From: Pristiophorus japonicus
Lineage: Eukaryota
DNA length: 64,000 bases
Reading direction: 5' to 3'
Assembly (NCBI RefSeq): GCF_044704955.1
Contig: NC_091998.1
Coordinates: 44,640,001 to 44,704,000, forward strand
The translations under genes and the position numbers were made by a program. This document shows, in pieces, positions 37,822 through 51,113 of this stretch (position 1 is the first letter of the stretch; every line of letters starts with the position of its first letter). Below the pieces are notes generated by a model, which was not told the DNA's origin, ran no database searches, and saw nothing but the letters and a program-made list of their open reading frames with translations.

Positions 37822-38284
37822 TAAATGCTGCGGATGCTGGAATCTGAAATAGTGATGTTGATTGAGGAATAAATATTGGCCAGGACACCGGGGAGAACTC
37901 CCCCCTGCTCTTCTTCGAAATAGTGCCATGGGATCTTTTGCGTCCACCTGAGAGAGCAGACGTCTCATTCCGACACTGTAGCACCCCCACAGCACTGTAT
38001 TGGAGTGTCAGCCTAGATTTTTGTGCTCAAGTCTGTGGAGTTGGACTTGAACCCACAACCTTCTGAATCAGAGGCGAGGGTGCTACCTATTGAGTCATGG
38101 CTGACAATGGGGGGAAAAAGCGTGGGAGGCAGTAGTGGCAGCATGCAGTGTAGGAGCAGTGCTGGGGAGGCAATAGGAGCATGCCACATTTATACAGCGC
38201 CTTTCTCCATCTCAGGACGTCCCAAAGCACTTTCCAGCAATGAAGTGCAGTCAGTGTTGTAATATAGGAAATGCGTCAGTCAGT

Positions 38285-38592
38285 TTTGACAGCACCTCCT
38301 AAACCCGCGACCTCTACCGCCTAGAAGGACAAGGCCAGCAGGAGCATGGGAACACCACCAAGATCCCCCTCCAAGTCACACACCATCCTGACTTGGAAAT
38401 ATATCGGTCATTACTTCATCAAAGCTGGGCCAAAATCCTGGCGCTGTCTCCCTAACAGCACTATGGAAGGACCTTCACCTCACGGTCTGCAGTGGTTCGA
38501 GAAAGCAGCTTACCACCGCCTTCTCAAGGTAAATTATGGATGGGCAATAAACGCTGGCCTTGCCAGCGACGTCCACATCCCATGAACGAATT
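38285..38592 (+). mobile_element. LINE 3' end (CR1/L2-group)
   Basis: Ends GGGCAATAAACGCTGGCCTTGCCAGCGACGTCCACATCCCATGAACGAAT and encodes a W..LP-type C-terminus. The family assignment is from recall. Confidence 0.55.
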
Positions 38593-38654
38593 GCGGACAT
38601 CAAGCTCTCACAAACAGCAATGTGATAATGACCAGATAATCAGTTTTTGTTACC

Positions 38655-38908
38655 ATTGGCGGCCGTGCCTTTAGCTGCCTAGTCTCTAAGCTCAGGAACT
38701 CCCTCCCTAAACCTCTCCCCCTCTCTGCCTCTCTTTCCTCCTTTAAGATGCTCCTTAAAACCCACCTCTTTGACTAAGCTTTTCATCATCTGCCCTAACA
38801 TCTCCTTATGTGGATCGGTTTCAAGTTTTGTATGATATTTTCTCCCGGGAAGAACCTTGGGATGTTTTACTACTTTAAAGGTGCTATATAAGTACAAGTT
38901 GTTGTTGC
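38655..38908 (+). mobile_element. L2 LINE 3' end
   Basis: ATTGGCGGCCGTGCCTTTAGCTGCC..GGAACTCCCTCCCTAAACCTCTC..GGTGCTATATAAGTACAAGTTGTTGTTG, matching other L2 ends in the window. Confidence 0.75.
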
Positions 38909-40321
38909 ATAGGAACAGCACTGGGGAGGCAATAGCGGCAGTAATGTAATATTGGAGAAGTGCTGGAGGCTGGCGAGGGTTGCAGATTACCCTTGGTGGC
39001 AGTGTATCTTAATATTTATACTGCATTCAGTTTTAGCATCTCACGGCTGAGCTATCTCGTTATACAGTCGCTATTGGGAAATTATGGAGAAGGATAATTC
39101 GACACAAATGTTTTGGCAGCTTCCTTCTATGTTTTGTTTGGCCAGGTAATTTGTTTCACTAAAAACAGAAATTGCTACAAGTACACAGCGGGTCAATGAG
39201 CAGTTATAAAGTGAAAAGATAGGTTATTGATGTTAAGGGCGTGTAACCAATAGGATTACTAATCTATTTGTTTGCAATTTCAAGAACCTGTCTGTCCTCT
39301 TTACAGCTGCTGGTGGTGTATTTGTATTTTCAACATTTTCACTTTTGCTATTTTTTTCTTTTTACTACTGCTTTTTGCTTTAATCTCAGGATGCGGGCGA
39401 TGCTTTAATTCCCATCTCTAGCTGTCCTGACAACTGAAGGGCTTGCGAGTCAACCATGTAGTGTGGGACTGGAGTCATGTGCAGTCCAGACCAGGTAGGT
39501 GTGGCAGGTTCCCTGTCTTTTTCCTTATTTGACTTCTGAATGTCCTAACTATGAATCCTGCCTGCATCCTGGTTGTGTAATCCTCATTTGCATGGTAACT
39601 ATAGCATCACAAATCAACGAACAGTACTCGTGTTTAAATTCTAGCTCCAAGCGTGTTTTTTTTAACTGCTATGTTGAACCAATTATTATCAATTGAAAAA
39701 TATATTACTAATCCATTTGTCTACCCTGTTACAGTTCCCCAAAATTTCACATTCTCTTCGTTCTGGACCCTCGCACATTCTACATTATAACCAGCCATTT
39801 CAGACTTGCCAAGTTTCACTCAAAGGGAACAATGCACAATTTGATTTAAAAAAATGACGTATGTAACTTTGAGAAGTAAATATAGCTGCATAATATTTCA
39901 ATGAGTTGCAATCTATATCTCTTACTGATCACCTAAGTCTGTCCATCAGTGTCCACTGTGCTAGCTGTTCTCTGACAAGCAGCTGCGCAAGAACAGTACA
40001 GGTCATCAGCTCGGACACGGTGGGCCGAATGGCCTCCTTCTGTGTTGCAATTTTATTTTTCTAGGTTGACTCATTTTTCAATGATCAATATCTGATCACT
40101 GGGAAACAACATGAAAGTGGAGTGCAATGGCAGGTTAGGAGAGGGGTGTGCCAATGTGAGGCACTGCACAGCACAAACCTGCCCTTCCCACACAGTGCAG
40201 CTGAGCTGCAAAGTGGATCTGTCTGCTGCTCTCTGGATTCACAGAAATTCAAATTGGTGCTGTACCACTGTGCTCAACACTCCAGTGGCATTGCAGACAG
40301 GGAGTAAAGATCTAGTGTAAT

Positions 40322-42148
40322 CTTCAGAATGAGAGGGAATCTCATAGAAACATATAAAATTCTGACGGGATTGGAAAGGTTAGAGGCTGGGTAGTTCCAG
40401 AACCAGGGGTCACAGTCTAAGGATAAGGGGTAAGCCATTTAGGACCGAGATGAGGAGAAACTTCTTCACTCAGAGAGTGGTTAACCTGTGGAATTCTCTA
40501 CCGCAGAAAGTTGTTGAGGCCAGTTCGTTAGATATATTCAAAAGGGAGTTAAATATGGCCCTTATGGCCAAAGGGATCAAGTGATATGGAGAGAAAGCAG
40601 GAAAGGGGCACTGAGATTGAATGATCAGCAATGTAACCCCACTTTTAAAAAAAGGAGGGAGAGAGAAAACAGAGAATTATAGACCAGTCAGCCTGACATC
40701 AGTAGTGGGTAAAATGATGGAATCAATTATTAAGGATGTCATAGCAGCGCATTTGGAAAGAGGTGACATGATAGGTCCAAGTCAGCATGGATTTATGAAA
40801 GGGAAATCATGCTTGACAAATCTTCTGGAATTCTTTGAGGATGTTTCCAGTGGAGTGGACAAGGGAGAACCAGTTGATGTGGTATATTTGGACTTTCAGA
40901 AGGCTTTCGACAAGGTCCCACACAAGAGATTAATGTGCAAAGTTAAAGCACATGGGATTGGGGGTAGTGTGCTGACATGGATTGAGAACTGGTTGTCAGA
41001 CAGGAAGCAAAGAGTAGGAGTAAATGGGTACTTTTCAGAATGGCAGGCAGTAACTAGTAGGGTACCGCAAGGTTCTGTGCTGAGGCCCCAGCTGTTTACA
41101 TTTGGACGAGGGGATTAAATGTAGTATCTCCAAATTTGCGGATGACACTAAGTTGGATGGCAGTGTGAGCTGCAAGGAGGATGCAATGAGGCTGCAGAGT
41201 GACTTGGATAGGTTAGGTGAGTGGGCAAATGCATGGCAGATAAAGTATAATGTGGATAAATGTGAGGTTATCCACTTTGGTGGTAAAAACAGAGAGACAG
41301 ACTATTATCTGAATGTTGACAGATTAGGAAAAGGGGAGGTGCAACGAGACCTGGGTGTCATGGTACATCAGTCATTGAAGGTTGGCATGCAGGTACAGCA
41401 GGCGGTTAAGAAAGCAAATGGCATGTTGGCCTTCATAGCAAGGGGATTTGAGTACAGGGGCAGGGAGGTGTTGCTACAGTTGTACAGGGCCTTGGTGAGG
41501 CCACACCTGGAGTATTGTGTACAGTTTTGGTCTCCTAAATTGAGGAAGGACATTCTTGCTATTGAGGGAGTGCAGCGAAGGTTCACCAGACTGATTCCCG
41601 GGATGGTGGGACTGACATATCAAGAAAGACTGGATCAACTGGACTTGTATTCACTGGAGTTCAGAAGAATGAGAGAGGATCTCATAGAAACGTTTAAAAT
41701 TCTGACGGGTTTAGTCAGGTTAGATGCAGGAAGAATGTTCCCAATGTTTGGGAAGTCCAGAACCAGGGGTCACAGTCTAAGGATAAGGGGTAAGCCATTT
41801 AGGATCGAGATGAGGAGAAACTTCTTCACCCAGAGAGTGGTGAACCTGTGGAATTCTCTACCACAGAAAGTTGTTGAGGCCAATTCATTAAATATATTCA
41901 AAAAGGAGTTAGATGAGGTCCTTACTACTAGGGGGATCAAGTGGTTTGGTGAGACATCAGGAATGGGGTACTGAGGTTGCATGTTCAGCCATGTTCTCAT
42001 TGAATGGCGGTGCAGGCTCGAAGGGCCGAATGGCCTACTCCTGCACCTATTTTCTATATTTCTATATGTTTCTATGGTCTTATTGAATGGCGGTGCAGGC
42101 TCGAAGGGCCGAATGGCCTGTTCCTGCACCTCATTTCTATGTTTCTAT
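40322..42148 (+). mobile_element. Young CR1 LINE: a 3' fragment (40322-40628) followed by a 1.5-kb RT-coding copy with a duplicated 3' UTR hairpin unit
   Basis: ORFs 40621-41118 and 41102-41974 carry NYRPVSLTS, QHGF, LDFQKAFDKVPH, VPQGSVL, KFADDTK and RPHLEYCVQFW. Confidence 0.95.
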
Positions 42149-42529
42149 GAAAGTGGATTAGAGGACAGGGGGATAATTAAACCCGTGTGCAAATATAATT
42201 CAGCCCCCATTTAAAGTCAGAAATTCTGCCTTTAGTTTTATAGGATACTTGAAGCAATTTAGGAAGTGTGGAAGTGCAGTTGGTTTCAGCAGAGGAGTTT
42301 CCCTGCAGTACAGGTTGAAGAGCTGGGCGATGCAAAATGGAAGCCAAGCACTGGTGGGATTACATTGGTGGTATAAACACAGCATGACAAGTTTACTTTT
42401 GGCAGTTTCCATTTTAAATGTGGATTTTGAAATTACAATGGAAACATCATGCAGGCATTGCACACAGGCTTAAGATTTTTTTAATATACACTAGTTAATC
42501 TCCCATGCCATTGCACACGGGAATCAAAT

Positions 42530-42893
42530 CTACAGGGTAGATGCAGAGAGGATGTTTCCCCTCCTGATGAATCTAGAACTAGGGGGCATAATTTCAGAAT
42601 AAAGGGTCGCCATTTTAAACCGGAAATGAGGAGGAATTTCTTCTCTCAGAGGGTCGTGAATGTTTGGAATTCTCTACTCCAGACAGCTGTGGAGGCTGGG
42701 TGAGTGAATATATTTAAGGTGGAGATAGATAGCTTCTTGAACGATAAGGGAGTCAAGGGTTATGGGGAGCTGGCAGGGAAGTGGAGTTGAGGCCAAGATC
42801 AGATCAGCCATGATCTTATTGAATGGCGGAGCAGGCTTGAGGGGCCAAATGGCCTACTCCTGCTCCTATTTCTTATGCTTTTATGTTCTTATG
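42530..42893 (+). mobile_element. CR1 3' fragment
   Basis: CAGGGTAGATGCAGAGAGGATGTTTCCCC..GGCCTACTCCTGCTCCTATTTCTTATG tail. Confidence 0.85.
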
Positions 42894-43377
42894 TAAATCG
42901 ACGTTTAACCTGCAAGCGATGCAGGGTTAATGGCCAAGGGATAATTGGACTTGGGCTGCAGATCTAATTGAGTCCCCGTTTTAAAGTCATACTTTTTCAT
43001 GCTATGTTTTGCTGTAATTACAGCCTCCTGCTACTGATGGTGCCGCAATGCCTCCACTGGCAGGAGGCTTGTAATTATAGCCTCACAAGATTACATAGCC
43101 AGTTTCCATCATAAATGTGGGCATAGAAATTTCTTGGAAAAAGTATACAGCACATATGTATATAAAATATATTTAAAATCTACTCTAGGATCCTGTAGAG
43201 CAAAGATGTCCCCTGGCTTCTTTCTCCACTACCAACTGTCTCTTTAAACATCTTTGCCTCGCTTCCTCTACCCTCACCTTTAACAACAAGTCAGAGGAAC
43301 TCACAGAGTTCTTTGTCACCAAGCTGGAGCATCTGCTGCTTCCCCTCTTCCCCTTGCTCACCAAACCAAACTTCTCC

Positions 43378-44148
43378 CGTGGCAAATGGAATTCAATCTG
43401 GTAAAGTGTGAGGGATTGCACTTGGGGAGGAGCAATATGGCAAGGGGAATACACAATAAATGGGAGGACACTGAGATGTGTGGAGGAACGGAGGGACCTT
43501 GGAGTATATGTAGCAGGACAGGTTGATAAGGTAGTAAAAAAGGCATACGGAATGCTTTCCTTTATTAGCCGAGGCATAGAATACAAGAGCAAGGAAGTTA
43601 TGCTAGAACTGTAATACAACACTAGTTAGGCCACAGCTTGAGTACTGCGTGCAGTTCTGGTCACTACATCACAGGAAGGATGTGTTTGCACTAGAAAGTG
43701 TGCAGAGGAGATTTACAAGTATGCTGCCAGGACTGTAAAACTTTAGCTATGAGGAAAGATTAGATAGACTGGGATTGTTTTTCTTGGAACAGAGGAGGCT
43801 GAGGGGAGATTTAATTGAGGTATATAAAATTATGAGGGGCCCAGATAGAGTGGCTAGGAAGGACCTATTTCCCTTAACAGAGCGGTCAGTAACCAGGGGG
43901 CATAGATATAAAGTAGTTGGTAAAAGGATTAGAGGGAGATGAGGAAACATTTCTTCACCCAGAGAGTGGTGGGGGTCTGGAACTCATGGCCTGAAAGAAT
44001 GATAGAGGCAGAAACCCTCATCACATTTAAAAGGTACTTGGATGTGTACTTAAAGAGCCGTAACCTACAGGGCTACGGACCTAGTGCTGTAAGGTGGGAT
44101 TAGGCTGGGTAACACTTTTTCTACCGACCGACACAATGGGCCGAATAG
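43378..44148 (+). mobile_element. CR1 LINE 3' fragment (second subfamily)
   Basis: Peptides QVDKVVKKAYGMLSFISRGIEYKSKEVML and VRPQLEYCVQFWS. Confidence 0.88.
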
Positions 44149-44391
44149 CAAGGAGTCAGCATCTTCAGCACTAGGACGGGGGAAGAACATGAGCAAAGGA
44201 AGCTTCTAATTCTGTAAATCACCCTGGCACGCTCCAGTGGACGGTCACACCGCTGTGATGCCTGCTCACTTGGACAGCGTCCCACTGCTGCAATAACCAC
44301 GTCCTGTGTAACAGGCTCGAGGGGCTGAATGGGCTTCCTGCTGTTCCTGTGTAACAGGCCGAGGGGCTGAATGGGCCTCCTCCTGTTCCTG

Positions 44392-44824
44392 TGGCCCAGG
44401 AGCGGCGGGGTTGTGGCCCAGGAGCGGCAGGGTCATGGCCCAGGAGCAGTGGTGTCGGAGTCGAAGAGCGGCGGGGTCATGGCCTGGGAGCAGTGGTGTC
44501 GGAGGCGAGGAGCGGAGGGGACGTGGCCCAGGAGCAGCGCAGCATACAACAACAGCGGGGTCGGGGCTTAGGGATGGCGCAGCAGAGCAGGTCTCCAATT
44601 GTCTTGGTTAACGCTTGCCCATGGACCAAGGCCTTGCTCTGTCAAGCCCATGTGGTGGCTGGTATGCAACGGCCACCACATATTAAAAAAAACCACGCAA
44701 AGGCGTCTTCCACCCTTAAAGATATAGCTCGGGATCTAGAATGTCAGGTCCCTCATTGAAGCACCTGTGAACTCATCTTTTTTTGGTGTGGAAGTGGGTC
44801 ATCCTCGACACGGGTGACTGCCTA
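44392..44824 (+). mobile_element. Second copy of the non-autonomous RTE-tailed retroposon
   Basis: Shares AGCAGAGCAGGTCTCCA..GTCTTGGTTAAC..TGTGGTGGCTGGT.TGCAAC.GCCACCAC and the 3' end with 24602-25161. Confidence 0.7.
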
Positions 44825-45185
44825 ATACTATACTACACTTAACTCTCACACTGCTCCGCCATCGTGCACTTACCAGGAGAAGATATTCAAACCAGTGAAC
44901 AACGTCTGCACTGACAAGGAGCCAAAAAGGTGCCTGATTGCCGCAGGAGCATTTCCCCCAATAAAGTTTGCAGTGTGGGGCCCAATCCTGACTTTGTGAT
45001 GTTCATGTGATGTTCAGTGACAGGCTTTTACAGAGTAGCTTATCTCTGAGTTCCATGTGGGCAGTGCTGATGTCATTGTCACGTGTGTGTGTGGTGCTGC
45101 CTGGTCGCAAACCCGATAAAACGTTTGATGCTGCCTATCTCGTAGGGTGATCTTTTGACAAAATATTTACCAAATTGAATTTATA

Positions 45186-47040
45186 GGGGGCAAAACTGCC
45201 CTGCACCTCCGATTGGGGGCAGTAACCAGGCCGGGAATTGGGCTTACCACCCCACAAAGCTAGTGGAGCGCAATCTCGCACGCTCCACTTCCTTTGCGGG
45301 CGGTTCCCGGGGCGTGTCTGGGGCAGGGAACGAAGCGCTGCACGGATGTTCCACTTAGCGCTAACGTGCTTCGCCACCCCCTTCCCTTTTGCTTAAAGGA
45401 GAGGGCCGCTGCTCACTCTGCAAGGCCTCTGATGGCCTCCCCTCGGCCACCAGGGCAGCGTGGGACCGAGCCTGCAACCCGGCATCCAAAACAGAGCAGC
45501 AGGCTGCATGATGGCGGCCCGGACCACGCTGGGGCTGCCATACTTGAGCCGACCCGAGAGTCGGCCACCAGCAAAGATGGCGGCGCTGGCTCTCTCCCCT
45601 TTGAGTCCTGCCCCGAGAGTGGATGTCGGCCAGCTTCGTGACCCACGCAGAAGTGTGGCATGTTTGATAATATACAGATCTTTCTAGTTCTCCACAGTTT
45701 GCTGTATTTTTAAATGGATTGGTTTTCTCGTATTTTCTAGCGTTCGGCAATAATGCAGTTTAAATAGCAATATAAGCACTGAGTCTGGAAATTGTGTGTG
45801 TGTTCACGAGAGTGATCTTATTTTATAAATGGCCTAATAATGCCTTATTTACTCTTTTATTAATGAACTATAATAACAATTTTATTCGTCTCCTTCACCC
45901 CCCCAGTCTCTCCCCACAACCACCCACAGCGATCTCTCTCTTCCCCACCACCACAGCGCTCTCCCTCATCCATCATAGCGATCTCTCTCCCCTCCCCCCC
46001 CAGCGATCTCTCTCTCCCCCCCCCCCCCCAGCAATCTCTCTCTCCCCCTCCCCCCCAGCAATCTCTCTCTCTTCCCCCCCCCCCCCCCACACCATCACAT
46101 ATTTATATAAAATATATATATAAATATACATAAGCTGCATTTTGGGACCCAGAGGCTGCAAGATCTTGTCGGAAGTTTAATAAATAAATAAATAAATCCC
46201 ACTTGCAACATTGAGCTTAAATTTTGACATTAATCAACTTAAATCATCTCTCTCCCCCCCCCACACCTCCCCCCAGCGATCTCTCTCCCCCCTCCCCCCA
46301 GTGATCTCTCTCCCCCCACAGCGATCTCTCTCCCCCTCCCCTCCCCAGCGATCTCGCTCCCCCTCCCCTCCCCAGCGATCTCTCTCCCCCTCCCCTCCCC
46401 AGTGATCTCTCTCCCCGTCCCCTCCCCAGCGGTCTCTCTCCCCCTCCCCTCCCCAGCGGTCTCTCTCCCCCTCCCTTCCCCAGCGATCTCTCTCCCCCTC
46501 CCCTCCCCAGCGGTCTCTCTCCCCCTCCCCTCCCCAGCGATCTCTCTCCCCCTCCCCTCCCCAGCGATCTCTCTCCCCCTCCCCTCCCCAGCGATCTCTC
46601 TTCCCCTCCCCTCCCCAGCGATCTCTCTCCCCCTCCCCTCCCCAGCGATCTCTCTCCCCCTCCCTTTCCCCAGCGACCTCTCTCCCCCCACTGCCACAGC
46701 GCTCTCCTCCCCCCACACAGCGATCTCTCTCCTCCTCCCCACAAACTGTGATCTCAGGTCGGCAGTCTCTGGCCTCTCGTCGGTGCTTCTCGGGGGGGGG
46801 GGGGGGGAGGGGCGGAGCTTGGCAGCCACGCGTGTGCACAACTCAGGAGCCAATGATTCCCGAGTTGGAAAGCCTCCTCCGCCCGCCATCGCCCTCTGCA
46901 CTCCGCTCCCGCTCCCGCCGAGAAAAGCGGGATGAATCTCCCACCCACTTGGCCCCAGCGGTACCAGGCGGTTAAATACTAAGTACCGCCCGGGTACTGC
47001 CAAAAAACAGGCGGAACTTAGCTTCATCAATTTCGGTCCC
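45186..47040. mobile_element. Possible non-autonomous DNA transposon(s), GC-rich, enclosing a minisatellite
   Basis: Imperfect terminal inverted repeats GGGGGCAAAACTG / (rc) GGGACCGAAATTG. CpG-rich ends, no coding capacity. Confidence 0.4.
45900..46745. repeat. C-rich minisatellite of about 27-bp units, CCCCAGCGATCTCTCTCCCCCTCCCCT, in two blocks split by an AT-rich spacer
   Basis: Visible tandem units at 45900-46095 and 46245-46745. Confidence 0.93.
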
Positions 47041-48981
47041 ATTATCTGGTCATTATCACATTGCTGTCTGTGGGAGCTTGCTGTGTGCAAATTGGCTGCT
47101 GCATTTCTACATTACAACAGCGACTGCACTCCAAATAGTACTTAATTAGCTTTAAAGCACTTTGGGACGTCTTGAGCTCGTGAAGGGTGCTATATAAATC
47201 TTAATCTTTCTCTTCTTTAACAAATGTCAACAACTAAGTGATGAATTAGCCACACTTTGTACAGTGAGCTGGTCATTAAAACAAAAGTGTGTCAATTGTT
47301 GAAGACAAGTTTGTCTACACAGTGATTCCATATAAAAATGAGTCAGTGAGTTCCTGTAACATGAGTGGCTTAGTCTGTACAAGAGAACAAGTTTATAACT
47401 GTAACATTCTGAAAAAAAACATTCTTATTTCGTCAGACAGAATCGGACCAGTCTACTGGTCTGGTAATCACAACACTCATATAAGAACTTAAGAAATCGG
47501 CCATTCGGCCCCTCGAGCCTACTCTGCCGTTCAATGGGATCATGACTGATCTTTGGCCTCAACTCCAGTTTCCTGCCCTATTCCCCACATCCCTTCATTC
47601 CCTTAGTGTCCAAAAGTCTCTCGCTCTCAGTCTTGACTAGTTGAAGGGACCGAGTGTAATGGATCAAGTTTGCTGTCGATACAAAGCTAGATGGGAAAGT
47701 AAGCTATGAGGAGGACACAAATTGTGCCAGCGCTCAGCGGATGGGATGGGTAGTGGGAGAGCTGAATACATTTAAAATGATTAACAGCGGGTTGTGCACA
47801 CTGGATTTTCCCAATGTCGGGTCTGCCAGCGCAGAGCAGACTCGAACGTCAGCAGCAGGAGACTTAATCTAAACAATTATTGGCTTGTTGACAAGCCCTT
47901 AAGAGTCCAGTTAACCTTACCATTTGACTTTAGCAGCTCGCCCTGGAAGCCATTGGTTAATCTGAGGTGGAAGTTGAGTGGTCATTGAATCAGATGATGA
48001 GTGACAGCTTGAAATCGAGTATAAAAGCTCCCACTTCACCTGTTCACTTTCCAAGCAGAGGCTGTTGCTTTCTCCCTTTGGAACACAGTTTGAGCTTTAT
48101 GCAGGATGCAAGTGTTTGGAGCAAACTCTCCAACCAGTATACCCACATTGCAGCAACCTCTCTCACCATTAACAGATCGCTTCTGTTATCTCAACTTCAA
48201 CTGCTTTCTTCTCCATCAGGATGGGTACCATTTACATGCTCTCACCTTGGCCCTCAGAATCCCACCACGATGAGCCCTAACACCAGCATCACTAGGCACA
48301 CCAGCAGCACCAACAACACCAACCTTCTCTGCAATCAACTGATGCGGCAGGACAGAGGGCAACGGCAGCTGACCACATTGCTGCCCGGGATGCCAAGGAT
48401 GGCCTCACCATGACCAGATTTATTTCACTTGACTGCCACATGATGCGACAGGTTGGCACCACCCCACACCAATGACATAAAGCTTCCCTACAATGCCCAA
48501 GCCATTCCTTTCACACTCATCAGCATTGCGGGGGTACCGTTATGTCTCACCATTCACTGCAACTCACTAAGCCACTTAAAAAGGTGCATACAAATCTGTC
48601 CAAGAACGCAAAGTATTGAAAATAAAGATTTCAATGTTTGACAGCATGTTAACAGAAACGCCACATAAAAATTGGTGAAACATACAAGTGCTTACCCTTG
48701 TGTATTGTTAGTTGATATGATTGGACTAGGATGAGGGTGAGTGTGAGGGGTGGTTTGTGAGGTGGGGGAATGATAATGTGGAGAGAGTGATGGGAGAGCC
48801 TGGGTGCAGCCGTGCACCTCTGTGCAGTACTTGTCAGTGTTCACAGCACTTCAATGCTGTAGAACACCGACAGCACAGCTGTCAAACTACATTTGTGCAT
48901 GGTCTCTTTAACGAAACCGGCTGATATCGCGTCATCGAATGACATCATTAGACCCACTTCCTTCAATTGGCCAGGAAATTA

Positions 48982-50070
48982 GCATGAATCGAGGATTGGC
49001 TAACCAACAGAAAACAGAGAGTCGGGATAAATGGTTCATTCTCTGGTTGGCAACCAGTAACTAGTGGGGTGCCGCAGGGATTAGTGCTGGGACCCCAACT
49101 ATATACAATTTATATTAACGACTTGGAAGAAGGGACTGAGTGTAACGTAGCCTAGTTTGCTGATGATACAAAGATGGGAGGAAAAGCAATGTGTGAGGAG
49201 GACACAAAAAATCTGCAAAAGAACATAGACAGGCTAAGTGAGTGGGCAAAAATTTGGCAGATGGAGTATAATGTTGGAAAGTGTGAGGTCATGCAGTTTG
49301 ACAGAAAAAAAATCAAAGAGCAAGTTATTATTTAGATGGAGAAAGATTGCAAAGTGCCACAGTACAGTGGGACCTGGGGGTACTTGTGCATGAAACACAA
49401 AAGGATAGTATGCAGGTACAGCAAGTGATCAGGAAGGCCAATGGTATCTTGGCTTTTATTGCTAAGGGGATGGAGTATAAAAGCAGGGAAGTTTTGCTAC
49501 AGCTATACAAGGTATTAGTGAGGCCACACCTGGAATACTGCGTGCAGTTTTGGTTTCCATATTTACGAAAGGATATACTTGCTTTGGAGGCAGTTCAGAG
49601 AAGGTTCACTAGGTTGATTCCGGGATGAGGGGGTTGACTTACGAGGAAAGGTTGAGTAGGTTGGGCCTCTACTCATTGGAATTCAGAAGAATGAGAGGTG
49701 ATCTTATCAAAACGTATAAGATTATGAGGGGGCTTGAGGATGTTTCCACTGATGGGGGAGACTAGAACTAGAGGGCATAATCTTAGAATAAGGGGCCGCT
49801 CATTTAAAACAGAAATGAAGAGGAATTTCTTCTCTCAGAGGGCTGTAAATCTGTGGAATTTGTTGCCTTAGAGAGCTGTGGAAGCTGGGACATTGAATAA
49901 ATTTAAGACAGAAATAGACAGTTTCTTGAGCGATAAGGGGTTATGGGGAGCGGGCGGGGAAGTGGAGCTGAGTCCATGATCAGATCAGCCATGATCTTAT
50001 TGAATGGCGGAGCAGGCTCGAGGAGCCGTATGGCCTACTCCTGCTCCTATTTCTTATGATCTTATGTTCT
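48982..50070 (+). mobile_element. Young CR1 LINE 3' kilobase
   Basis: GVPQG.VLGP, FADDTK, VRPHLEYCVQFW and the TTCTTATG tail. Near-identical to 3686-4662. Confidence 0.93.
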
Positions 50071-50268
50071 TAAACCCGCCGGGCGGGCTTAACAAGCCCA
50101 ATCAACGGAAAGTTATGTCGGCTGCCGGGATGGAGCCAGCAACGAGGCCGCAACCACCAACGTTGCCCACCACGGGTCTGCCAAGGTAGGGAAAATTGCA
50201 GCCAAAGAGTTTGCAAAGGGATATAGACAAGTTAAGTGAGTGGTCAAGAAAGTGGCAGATGGAGTATA

Positions 50269-51113
50269 GGGCCCAAGTTTCCGATATCCTCTAGAATGGC
50301 GCACCTCTGAGAGGCCCGCCGATTTTGAGATGAAAAGCGCACCAAAAACTTACCTCGCGATTCTCCTGGTGCAGCAGGTCTGTTCAGCAGTCAGCGCGAT
50401 GCAGCACAACAGCGGGGGAGCGGAGCTACAGCCCTGGGCCAAAAAGTGCCGACAGCTGCGCGCGTGCGCAGTGGAGTCTGCGTGCGTGTGCTGCTGGCTG
50501 TGTGGGAGGGGCCTGAAGCACGCCGACCCGAGCCCTGGCCGAATGGGCTCCTGGAGCGGGCAGAGTGCCGATTTCCAGCCTACAGCACGTAGCCCCTAGC
50601 CCTGGCCGGGCTCCCGGTGCTCCTGAACGGGTAGGTGAAGTAGGAATTTTTATTTTTTATTAATTGATTTTTTGAATTATTTTTTATTTTTTTTATTTTT
50701 TGTTTATTGATTTATTTATCATTTATTATTGATGATGGTTCTTTATTTTTAAAAGTGAAGTGTTTAATGCTTTAGAAAATCCCCTAACTTCCCGCTAACT
50801 TCCCTTCCCCCCCATCTCTGGCTTACCTGCACCTGATTCTAAAGTGTACGGAAGGTTTTTCTGAGCGTACAAAAGTTGACACTTACTCCGTTCTAAGTTA
50901 GTTTGGAGTAACCTTTTGGTGCCTAAACTTGCAAAACAGGCGTAAGTGGCTGGTAACGCCCCTTTTGAAAAAAAAAACGGAACTAAAATGAAACTAAACT
51001 AACTCACTAGAACTGGAGCAAACTAAATGCCGAGAATTGCGATTTCTAAGATACTCCAAATTCAACTAGTTGCTCAAAAAAAGTAGGAGCAACTCCACCC
51101 GAAACTTGGGCCC
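50269..51113. mobile_element. MITE-like non-autonomous DNA transposon (845 bp) inserted in a CR1
   Basis: Perfect 13-bp TIRs GGGCCCAAGTTTC / GAAACTTGGGCCC, flanked by TATA on both sides. It interrupts the CR1 sequence GCAGATGGAGTATA..GTGTGAGAAAGTGTGAG. Confidence 0.9.

Larger units (their letters stand above)
37030..38108 (-). mobile_element. Deu-domain tRNA SINE interrupted by Penelope-derived inserts (37169-37849)
   Basis: tRNA-like head at about 38040-38105, Deu motif GATCCCATGGCACTATTTCGAAG, tail at 37030-37165. Confidence 0.85.

Noticed and set aside
46234-47090. ORFs of 166-283 aa with GEGRGREIA-type repeats
   Set aside because: They are open in several frames because the 27-bp repeat unit lacks stop codons.
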